The translations under genes were made by a program, and so were the position numbers. A DNA stretch of 64,000 nt from Planctomycetota bacterium (GTDB lineage: Bacteria > Planctomycetota > UBA1135 > UBA2386): contig JBKAGP010000001.1 of the NCBI GenBank assembly GCA_046290465.1, forward strand, positions 5,088,001 through 5,152,000, read 5' to 3'. The notes under the pieces are model-generated. The model was not told the origin of the DNA. It did no database searches and saw nothing but the letters and a program-made list of their open reading frames with translations. Positions 1 through 7,822 of this stretch are shown here, piece after piece; positions within the stretch are counted from its first letter, which is position 1, and each line of letters begins with the position of its first letter.

Positions 1-2
1 AG

Positions 3-1121
3 TTCGCGACCCCCGAGCTGGTCGCGCAGATGGCGCGCGAGGCCTGCGGGCTGATCTGCCTGGCGCTGGACAACAAGATCTGTGACCAGCTCGACCTGCC
101 GATGATGGTCTCGCAGAACCGTTCGCGGTTCGGCACGGCCTTCACGGTGTCGATCGAGGCCGCCGAGGGCGTGACCACCGGGATCTCCGCCAAGGACCGG
201 GCGACCACGATCCTGGCCGCGGTCGACCCGGACGCCAAACCTGCCGACTTGGCGCGGCCGGGCCACATCTTCCCGCTGCGCGCGGTCGACGGCGGCACGT
301 TGGTGCGCACCGGCCAGACCGAGGGGATCGTCGATCTCTGCCGCCTGGCGGGGCTGCGGCCGGCCGGCGTGATCTGCGAGATCACCAAGCCCGACGGCGA
401 GATGGCGCGCGTGCCGGAGCTCGAGACGTTCTGCCAGGAGCGCGGCCTCAAGATGGGCTGCATCGCCGACCTGGTCGAGTACCGGCGCCGCCGCGAACGC
501 ATGATCGAGCGCGTCGCCGTCGCCAAGATGCCGACCGAGTACGGCGACTTCGACTGCCACAGCTACCACAGCCGCGTCGACGGCCGCACCCACATGGCGC
601 TGACGGTCGGCATCGACCGGGTCGGCGAAGGCGGCCGGTTCGCACCGATCGACGACGACGTGCTGGTTCGGGTGCACTCGCAGTGCCTGACCGGCGACGC
701 GTTCGGTTCGCTGCGCTGCGACTGCGGTCCGCAGCTGCACTCGGCGATGCAGCGCGTGCAGCAGGAGGGCCGCGGCGTGGTGCTCTACATCAGCCAGGAA
801 GGGCGCGGCATCGGCCTCGCCAACAAGCTGCGCGCCTACGAGCTGCAGGACACCGGCATGGACACCGTCGAGGCGAACGTGCACCTCGGTTTCCGCCCGG
901 ACGAAAGGGAGTTCGGGACCGGCGCCCAGATCCTGCACGACCTCGGCCTGCGCCGGCTGCGGCTGCTGACCAACAACCCCAAGAAGCTCGCCGGCCTGCA
1001 GGGCTACGGCCTCGAGATCACCGGCCAGGTGCCGCTGGTCGTCGAGCCCAACCAGCACAACCAGAAGTACTTGGATACAAAGCGCGAGAAGATGGAGCAC
1101 CTGCTGCCGAAGCCCGAGTAG
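3..1121 (+). CDS. ribBA: Bifunctional DHBP synthase / GTP cyclohydrolase II (5' truncated by window edge)
   Basis: RibB motifs AFTVSIEA, GVTTGISAKDR, RPGHIFPL, RTGQTEG, VICEI. RibA motifs VRVHSQCLTGD, RCDCGPQL, QEGRGIGL, LLTNNPKK. Frame is open to the window start. Confidence 0.96.
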   Translation, partial: FATPELVAQMAREACGLICLALDNKICDQLDLPMMVSQNRSRFGTAFTVSIEAAEGVTTGISAKDRATTILAAVDPDAKPADLARPGHIFPLRAVDGGTLVRTGQTEGIVDLCRLAGLRPAGVICEITKPDGEMARVPELETFCQERGLKMGCIADLVEYRRRRERMIERVAVAKMPTEYGDFDCHSYHSRVDGRTHMALTVGIDRVGEGGRFAPIDDDVLVRVHSQCLTGDAFGSLRCDCGPQLHSAMQRVQQEGRGVVLYISQEGRGIGLANKLRAYELQDTGMDTVEANVHLGFRPDEREFGTGAQILHDLGLRRLRLLTNNPKKLAGLQGYGLEITGQVPLVVEPNQHNQKYLDTKREKMEHLLPKPE

Positions 1122-1241
1122 GCGCGGGGCGCAGGTCCTGCCGGCCTCGAACGCGCCCTGCCAACGACCCGATGGCCCGCCGTCGTCGCCAAATGCGACC
1201 TCGCGGGAAGAATCCCCGCCGGGGTCCCTTCCAAGGGGCCC

Positions 1242-1868
1242 GTGTTCGCCTTGAAGCAACGTCCCGAGACCTCTGACCGCGACCTGATCGCCGCCGTGCT
1301 CGACGGCAGCGAGGCGGCCTTCGGCGAACTCGTCGACCGCTACAAGGACCGCGTCTTCCGGCTGCTGAGCCGCTACTGCCGCGACTCGGTCGAGTGCGAG
1401 GACCTGGCGCAGGACGTGTTCCTGAAGGTGTTCCGCAAGCTGCACACCTTCAACCACGACTCGCAGTTCTTCACCTGGCTCTACCGGATCACCTGCAACG
1501 CCGCGACCGACCACCTGTCGCGCGCCAGCAGCCGCCGCCTGCGCCTGGTCGAGGACACCAACGTGTTCGAGCGCGGCGACGAGGACCACGAGAGCCCGAC
1601 CGCGCCGCTCGAGGCGCAGGAGCTGCAGCAGGTCACCCGCGAGATCGTCGACCAGCTGCCCGAGAAGTTCCGCACCATCCTGGTGCTGCGCGAGTTCGAA
1701 GGCCTCTCCTACACCGACATCGCCGAGGTCCTGGACATCCAGCTCGGCACCGTCGAATCGCGTCTGTTCCGCGCCCGCCAGCGCTTCAAGGACGCCCTGA
1801 CCCGACAACACCCCGAACTGCTGCCGAGCGCGGGCGCCCCCGCGACGGCACGAGGAGCGAAGCGATGA
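1242..1868 (+). CDS. ECF (sigma-70 family) RNA polymerase sigma factor
   Basis: Region 2 (EDLAQDVFLKVFRKL, FFTWLYRI) and region 4 (LPEKFRTILVLREFEGLSYTDIAEVL..GTVESRLFRAR). GTG start. Confidence 0.93.
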   Translation: MFALKQRPETSDRDLIAAVLDGSEAAFGELVDRYKDRVFRLLSRYCRDSVECEDLAQDVFLKVFRKLHTFNHDSQFFTWLYRITCNAATDHLSRASSRRLRLVEDTNVFERGDEDHESPTAPLEAQELQQVTREIVDQLPEKFRTILVLREFEGLSYTDIAEVLDIQLGTVESRLFRARQRFKDALTRQHPELLPSAGAPATARGAKR

Positions 1869-2323
1869 GCCCGTCCCGCGACGATCTGATGGTCCAGCGC
1901 TACGTCGACGGCCAGCTGCCGGAGGCCGAGGCCGCCGCGTTCGCCGCGCGCATGCTGCAGGAGCCGTCGCTGCGCGAGCGCGTCGAGGAGCTGCAGCGGT
2001 TTGCGGTCGGCTTCGCCGAGGACGGCGATGCGATCGCGGCGCCGGCCGGCTTCACCGCCAACGTGCTCGCCGAGGTCCGGCGTCTGCCCGACCGCGCCGA
2101 GCTCGAGCAGATGGACGTCGCCGCCGGCGCCGTCAAGCTGTGCGTTCGCGTGCTGCTGGCGGCCGCGCTGATCCTCGGCCTCGGCCTGGCCTGGCACTCC
2201 GGCCTGCTCGACGGCAACCGCGCCGATACGCTCGAAGCCGCTCCCGACGCCATCGAGAAGGAGATGGACCGGCTCGACCAGCTGATCCTCGAGTCGATGG
2301 AGGAGCCGCGCCGCGGCAAGTGA
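1865..2323 (+). CDS. Putative transmembrane anti-sigma factor
   Basis: ATGA overlap with the sigma gene. N-terminus resembles an anti-sigma domain (VQRYVDGQL..EA). Contains APAGFTANVL and one TM helix. Confidence 0.7.
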   Translation: MSPSRDDLMVQRYVDGQLPEAEAAAFAARMLQEPSLRERVEELQRFAVGFAEDGDAIAAPAGFTANVLAEVRRLPDRAELEQMDVAAGAVKLCVRVLLAAALILGLGLAWHSGLLDGNRADTLEAAPDAIEKEMDRLDQLILESMEEPRRGK

Positions 2324-2733
2324 GCGTGAGCCAGCCGGTGCGGGTGTGGATCCTGACCGTCGCCCTCGGCAGCTTCGTCGCGGGTCTGGTGGTCGGGTTC
2401 GCCCTGCCGGAGCTGCTCGCCGCGCCGCGCATGTCGGACGGCCCCGAGGTCTACGCGCGGCACCTCGCCGACAAGTACGGACTCGACGCCGGCCAGTACA
2501 AGAGCCTGCTGATGGTGCTCCAGGAGGGCGAACGCCGCGAGCTGGAGATCCTCAAGAACGCCAACTGGAGCCAGCTGCCGCCCGCGATGCGGAGCGCCCG
2601 GCTGGAGGCCAACCGCAAGACAGAACAACGCATCCGTTTCGTGCTCGACGAGAGGCAGCGCGCCCTCTACGACCGCGACAGCAGACCCCCTGGTTCGAGC
2701 CCGCAAGCCGCGGGCGAACCGCAGAACAGGTGA
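2320..2733 (+). CDS. Hypothetical membrane-anchored protein (possibly Spy/CpxP-like accessory)
   Basis: GTGA overlap. N-terminal TM, helical remainder ending IRFVLDERQRALYD. Third gene of an ECF triplet. Confidence 0.6.
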   Translation: MSVSQPVRVWILTVALGSFVAGLVVGFALPELLAAPRMSDGPEVYARHLADKYGLDAGQYKSLLMVLQEGERRELEILKNANWSQLPPAMRSARLEANRKTEQRIRFVLDERQRALYDRDSRPPGSSPQAAGEPQNR

Positions 2734-2737
2734 TCCC

Positions 2738-4795
2738 ATGGTGAGGAGTATTGGCATCGACTCGGGCGACCGGGCCGTCCACGTCGTCGAACTCGACGGC
2801 AGCTACCGCAAGACGCGGCTGGTCGACGCACACCACGCACCGATCGGTGCAAACGACGACCCGATGCGTCCGGACATCGTCGCGGACGCGGTCCGCGAGG
2901 CGCTGGACGGCGGCATGAAGGGGCCGCTGACCCTCGGCCACCCCTGCCGCGAGGCGGTGCTGCGCACCATCGAGCTGCCGTTCAAGGGGGCCGACGCGAT
3001 CAAGAAGGTCGTCAAGTCGGAGATCGAGGGCGAGATCTACACGCACTCGGTCGACGATATGGTGGTCGACTTCCACGAGATCGGCGCCGGCGCGAGCGGT
3101 GGCACGCGCGTGATGGTGGCGTCGGTGCCGAAGATCGGCCTGCGCAACCAGCTGACCTCGTTCGCGGCGCAGAACATCGACCCGGAGTCGATCGACCTCG
3201 ACACGATGGCGCTGTGGCGCGCCGCCGACTGGGTCGGCGCGCTGGAGTCGGACGACGACGCGGCCGGCGGCGACAAGCCGGTGCACGCGGTGATCGATCT
3301 CGGTTCGCGCAGCGTCAAGGTGATCCTGACCGAGGGGGACCAGCTGGTCGACATGCGCGTGCTGCGGCTCGGGGACCACGTGGTCGCCGACCAGGTCGCG
3401 CGCCAGCACGGCATCCACAGCGAGCAGGCCCGCGCGGCCATCGCCGAGAGCCTGCGCACCGGCAGCGACAGCTACGTCGACGTCGAGGCGGTGCCGCAGC
3501 TGGCGGCGCCCGCGGACGAGCTGGCCGGTGAAGAGACGGCCGGTGACGAGGTGTCCGGCGAAGGGTTGGCCGGCGAAGGGGCTGGCGGCGAAGCGGCGGC
3601 CGAGGCCGTCGAACCCGACGCGACGCCGTCGGTCGGCGCGACGCTGGTTCCGTACAGCGACATCGACGCGGCGCACACCAAGTACCTGAAGCGCCTGGCG
3701 CGCGAGCTGACCCGCTTCCTGACCGCGACCGGCATGGCCGCGCGGATCCGTTCGCTGTGGATCAGCGGCACCGCCAGCCGTGCTCCGGGTGTCAGCGAGA
3801 TGCTGCACGCGGTGTTCGGCGTGCACGCGCAGGAGCTGGACGTGCTGTCCCACCTGGCGCACGACCTCGACGAGGAGGAGGCGGCCGAGCTGTCGCCGCA
3901 ACTCGCGGTCGCGGTCGGCCTCGCGCTGGAGCGGCTCGGCGGGCCCGAAGGCTTCGAGCTGCGTCAGGAGGACCTCGCGCAGAAGGGCGGCTTCGACGTC
4001 ATCAAGTTCCCGCTGGCGATCGCGTGCATGGTCGGCCTGCTGGCGATGTTCGTGTTCGCCAACAAGAAGTCGATGGAGCTGAAGAAGCTCGAGCTCGAGA
4101 TCGGCCAGCAGCACATCGACCCGAAGCGCCCGAAGGCGGCGATCTTCCACGGCCTGCTGAACCCGCTGTTCCGCAACAAGTGGCTGGAGGACAAGCGCTA
4201 CTTCGGCATCAAGGGCAAGAGCGGTCGCACCACCTACGCGTTCGACGAACTGCTCGACGAGGTGTCGAAGGCGCCGGTGGCCGACCGCGTCGGCATCATC
4301 CGTCGCCAGATGCGCGCGGTCGCCAAGCAGAAGCAGAAGGAGACTGGCGTCTACGAGGACGTCAAGATCGAGTCGGGGCTGTCGGTGCTGGTGCGCTGGG
4401 CGGAGATGCTCAAGTCGGTCGAGCCGCAGCTCGGCCGCTACCTGGTGCCGTCGCTCGATCTCAACATGAAGCCGAAGTCGCGCAAGCTGACGTTCGTGGT
4501 GGCGTTCCGCGGCGAGGACTTCCGCGCCCGCAGCACCGTGCTGCAGACCGCGATCCGCGCCGAGGCCAACAAGGCGGACTCGCCGTTCCTGCAGCTCGAA
4601 GGCGTGCCGCCGGAGTCGCTGTTCACCGACCGCGACGAGACGGGGGTGACCGGTGCCTACTTCACGTTCGAGATCCCGATCAAGGAATCGTTCAACCCGT
4701 TCGGCCCGAGTGCGCGGGTCGGCGCGCTCGACGTCGCCAGACCGCAGCGTGACTACCTCGCGATGACCGACGACCGCACGGAGGAAGGACGATGA
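2738..4795 (+). CDS. PilM/GspL-like protein: actin-fold cytoplasmic domain, TM and periplasmic domain
   Basis: SIGIDSGDRAVHVVEL, LRTIELPF and AVIDLGSRSVKV resemble PilM/FtsA motifs. LAVAVGLAL is followed by a TM (FPLAIACMVGLLAMFVF). Confidence 0.75.
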   Translation: MVRSIGIDSGDRAVHVVELDGSYRKTRLVDAHHAPIGANDDPMRPDIVADAVREALDGGMKGPLTLGHPCREAVLRTIELPFKGADAIKKVVKSEIEGEIYTHSVDDMVVDFHEIGAGASGGTRVMVASVPKIGLRNQLTSFAAQNIDPESIDLDTMALWRAADWVGALESDDDAAGGDKPVHAVIDLGSRSVKVILTEGDQLVDMRVLRLGDHVVADQVARQHGIHSEQARAAIAESLRTGSDSYVDVEAVPQLAAPADELAGEETAGDEVSGEGLAGEGAGGEAAAEAVEPDATPSVGATLVPYSDIDAAHTKYLKRLARELTRFLTATGMAARIRSLWISGTASRAPGVSEMLHAVFGVHAQELDVLSHLAHDLDEEEAAELSPQLAVAVGLALERLGGPEGFELRQEDLAQKGGFDVIKFPLAIACMVGLLAMFVFANKKSMELKKLELEIGQQHIDPKRPKAAIFHGLLNPLFRNKWLEDKRYFGIKGKSGRTTYAFDELLDEVSKAPVADRVGIIRRQMRAVAKQKQKETGVYEDVKIESGLSVLVRWAEMLKSVEPQLGRYLVPSLDLNMKPKSRKLTFVVAFRGEDFRARSTVLQTAIRAEANKADSPFLQLEGVPPESLFTDRDETGVTGAYFTFEIPIKESFNPFGPSARVGALDVARPQRDYLAMTDDRTEEGR

Positions 4796-5418
4796 GCTTC
4801 TTCAAGGAAATGGATCTCTACAAGGGGATCATCCTGCTGTCCGTGATCCTGCTGCCGCTCGGCGGCTGGTGGATCAGCAACCTCGACGAGGAAATCAGCC
4901 AGTGTGAGGCGGCGCTGCGTCAGGCGACCAAGCGCGGCGGCTACATCGAGGAGATCGGCCGGCTGCAGAAGCAGATCGAGGTCGTCGCCAAGAACACGCG
5001 TTCGGACTCGATCATCCGCGACCCGCGGACCTACTTCGAAGGCCAGATCCTCGCGGTCAGCGAGAACCTCAAGTCGGACCACTTCTCGCCGTCGGCGCCG
5101 AGGGACGAGATGGTCACGATCGGTCGGCAGAAGGCGACCGACAAGGTGGTCACGATCGACTGGGGTCGCGGCAGCGATCGCAAGGAGGTCCAGATGGACT
5201 TCGTCTACGCGGTGCTGTTCAACTGCGAGTCGGGGGCGCGCGCCGGTGGCGGCGCGGTCAACGCCTCGCCGTCGGTCTGGCGCCTGCGCAGCCTCAAGCT
5301 CGCGAACGTCACCACCGACAAGATCCTCGGGCGGGAAAAGACGCCGCCGCCCGAACTCGAAGACCGGTGGTACATCCGAGAGATGAAGTTCGCGCGCCGC
5401 GAGCCGCGCGCGAAGTGA
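4792..5418 (+). CDS. Bitopic membrane protein, possible PilO/GspM-like partner
   Basis: ATGA overlap, RBS GGAGGAAGG, N-terminal TM followed by a coiled coil. Functional call rests on position only. Confidence 0.55.
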   Translation: MSFFKEMDLYKGIILLSVILLPLGGWWISNLDEEISQCEAALRQATKRGGYIEEIGRLQKQIEVVAKNTRSDSIIRDPRTYFEGQILAVSENLKSDHFSPSAPRDEMVTIGRQKATDKVVTIDWGRGSDRKEVQMDFVYAVLFNCESGARAGGGAVNASPSVWRLRSLKLANVTTDKILGREKTPPPELEDRWYIREMKFARREPRAK

Positions 5419-5864
5419 GCCGACGCCGGCTGGCGACGGCGGGCCTGCTGGTGCCGCTCATGTTCGGCGGCGCCTGCACGTCGGTGGTGCGCTACACCGA
5501 CGAGCTGGTCAGCAACCAGCACGGTCGCACCTACTTCACCCGGGCGCCGTCGGCGCTCGGTGGCGGGGTCGGGTTCACGCTCGGGATCCCGATGGACCTG
5601 CTGTCGCTGCCGGTGACGTTCGTCGTCTACCGTTCGCAGCCGCCGGCCACCCGCGACCCGCTGTCGGTGTTCCTGTTCCCGTCGTTCGTGCTGTGGAAGG
5701 TCGGCAACCTGTTCGGGGCGCCGTTCGACGCGGTCGAATGGGCGCTGTGGCGCTCGTGGCAGCCGGAGGTGCCGGTGACCGCCGAGGAGCGCGAGGCGAT
5801 CGAGCGCAAGTGGGACGCGCGCGAGTTCTCGGAGTATCCGGTCACGCCGATCTACCCGCGCTGA
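5415..5864 (+). CDS. Hypothetical lipoprotein / membrane protein
   Basis: GTGA overlap, signal peptide ending FGGAC, hydrophobic internal segments. Confidence 0.6.
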   Translation: MSRRRLATAGLLVPLMFGGACTSVVRYTDELVSNQHGRTYFTRAPSALGGGVGFTLGIPMDLLSLPVTFVVYRSQPPATRDPLSVFLFPSFVLWKVGNLFGAPFDAVEWALWRSWQPEVPVTAEEREAIERKWDAREFSEYPVTPIYPR

Positions 5865-5937
5865 TCTAGCCGGGCTGGTCTAGCCGGGCTGGTCTAGCCG
5901 GGCTGGTCTAGCCGGGCTGGTCTAGCCGCGCTGGTCT
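5865..5937. repeat. Intergenic 14-bp tandem repeat (TCTAGCCGGGCTGG) x5
   Basis: Four identical units at 5865, 5879, 5893 and 5907, a fifth at 5921 with one mismatch, then a partial TCT. Confidence 0.97.
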
Positions 5938-6013
5938 TCGCGGCGGTCCGCAGCTTTTTGCTCCCGGAACCATTCTTACGGACCGGGGGCCGGTCCTCTA
6001 GATTGGGGCGGAC

Positions 6014-7045
6014 ATGGACGCTGCCTCGGTCGTGCTGAAGAAGTTGCGCGAGCAGGTGCTCGAGAACGACGGGGACGTGCCGCTGGCGCTGCTGCTCGAG
6101 CTGCTGGTGCCGGTCGAACGGCTGCGCGAGCTGGCGCACGAGTTCGGGGTGACGCCGAAGGGCGGCTTCCGGATCGAGCGGGCGCCGGCCAAGGTGCTGG
6201 CGCCGAAGCTGGCCGAGGAGCGCGACGGCAAGCGGCTGGAGCAGGTGCTGCGCACGATCGCCGAGCCGCCGACCCAGAAGGACGCGCCGCCGCCGATGGA
6301 CGAGCAGGCCCAGCGGCAGCAGGCCGAGTCGCTGCGCGAGGCGCGCGCGCTGCTGGCGCTGCGCGACCAGGAGGTGCAGCGGCTGCGCAGCGAACTCGAG
6401 CGTTCGCGCGAGGGGCAGTCGCGCGCGCAGGAACGCGAGCGCGAACTCGAACGGCAGCTCGGTGCCGCCCGCGACGAGCTGACCCGGGCGCAGCGCACGG
6501 CCGAGGAGGCGCGCCGCGCCGCCGACGCGCCGTCGCCGACGCCCCGCGACGACAAGCAGTTGCAGCACCGGCTGCGCGAACTCGAGGGGGAGCGCGAGGC
6601 GCTGCTCGCCGCCGACGAGGCGATGCGCCGCCAGCTGGCGCGCGACCGTTCGCGCCAGCGCGAGCTCGAGGACGAGGTCGCCGAGCTGGAGTCGCTGATC
6701 CCGGCGAGCCGCCGCCGCAAGAAGAAGCCGCTGCCGCCCGAGCCGCCGCAGGAGCGCCGCTTCCTGGTGCCCTACCTGCAGCCGTCGTTCTACAAGTCGC
6801 TCGACGGCAAGGAGCGCCGCTCGGTCGAGCGCGCCTGGCAGGCGCTGCTGCTGTTCTGCACCGAGGGGCACGGTTACCCCGGCCTCGAGGTCAAGCCGAT
6901 GGGCGGCCAGGACACCTGGAGCCTGCGCGCGTCGCTCGGCCTGCGCGTCTATTTCCGCCCGCGCTCCGACGGCGACATCGACGTGCTCGAACTCGGCAAT
7001 CGCGAGGACCAGCGCACGCTGCTGCGCCGGCTGAAGGACCGCTGA
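6014..7045 (+). CDS. Coiled-coil protein with C-terminal RelE/ParE-like domain
   Basis: Central E/R/Q-rich coil. C-terminal ~85 aa (PSFYKSL..YPGLEVKPMGGQDTWSLRASLGLRVYF..IDVLELGNRE) follows the RelE-superfamily pattern. Confidence 0.65.
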   Translation: MDAASVVLKKLREQVLENDGDVPLALLLELLVPVERLRELAHEFGVTPKGGFRIERAPAKVLAPKLAEERDGKRLEQVLRTIAEPPTQKDAPPPMDEQAQRQQAESLREARALLALRDQEVQRLRSELERSREGQSRAQERERELERQLGAARDELTRAQRTAEEARRAADAPSPTPRDDKQLQHRLRELEGEREALLAADEAMRRQLARDRSRQRELEDEVAELESLIPASRRRKKKPLPPEPPQERRFLVPYLQPSFYKSLDGKERRSVERAWQALLLFCTEGHGYPGLEVKPMGGQDTWSLRASLGLRVYFRPRSDGDIDVLELGNREDQRTLLRRLKDR

Positions 7046-7746
7046 TGGCGAGCCGCCCGCCCAAGCCGCCGGTGTTCCTGAGGCCGGGCGACCCGGTGTC
7101 GTTCCCCGATCCCAACGGCTTCGACAAGGAAGGGCTGGTGGCGGTGGGTGGGGACCTCGCCCCCGATCGCCTGCTGGCCGCCTACGCGACCGGCATCTTC
7201 CCGTGGTACGACGAAGGCTACCTGCCGATGTGGTGGTCGCCCGACCCGCGCGGACAGTTCGTGCCGGAGCACCTGCACGTCTCGCGCAGCCTCGCCAAGG
7301 TGCTGCGGCGGAAGGAGTTCCGTCTCAGCTGGAACGAGGACTTCGACGCCGTCATGGCGGCGTGCGGCGATCGGCGCGATACCGGCACGTGGATCATCCC
7401 CGAGATGCTCGAAGCCTACCGGCAGCTGCACCGGCTCGGCTGCGCGCACAGCCTCGAGGTCTGGATCGGCGACGAACTGGTCGGCGGCACCTACGGCGTG
7501 CAGGTCGGGGGGCTGTTCGCGGCGGAATCGAAGTTCCACCGCCGAACCGACATGTCGAAGGTCGCGTTGGTCGCCCTCGTGCGTTCGCTGTTCCTCGCCG
7601 GGATCCGTCTGCTCGACGTGCAGTTCGTCACCGACCACCTGCGCAGCATGGGGGCGCGCGAGATCGATCGTCGGGAATACCTCCGTCGCCTGGCCGTCGT
7701 TCGAAACCTCGAAATCGACCTGACGGAACTCTCGCCCGCGGTCTGA
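7045..7746 (+). CDS. aat: Leucyl/phenylalanyl-tRNA--protein transferase
   Basis: GLVAVGGDL, AYATGIFPW, WWSPDPR, TWI, AHSLEVW..LVGGTYG, FAAESKF, LLDVQ..TDHLRSMGAREI. Confidence 0.96.
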   Translation: MASRPPKPPVFLRPGDPVSFPDPNGFDKEGLVAVGGDLAPDRLLAAYATGIFPWYDEGYLPMWWSPDPRGQFVPEHLHVSRSLAKVLRRKEFRLSWNEDFDAVMAACGDRRDTGTWIIPEMLEAYRQLHRLGCAHSLEVWIGDELVGGTYGVQVGGLFAAESKFHRRTDMSKVALVALVRSLFLAGIRLLDVQFVTDHLRSMGAREIDRREYLRRLAVVRNLEIDLTELSPAV

Positions 7747-7822
7747 TCGTGAGTTGCCCTGACCGGGCTAGTTCGAATCGGGCCGACTGATTACGTTGCG
7801 TAGCCCTCCGAGGAGAATCGTC

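Noticed and set aside
5865..5937. Tandem repeat as a CRISPR array
   Set aside because: Units are 14 bp and contiguous, with no spacers and no cas genes in the window.
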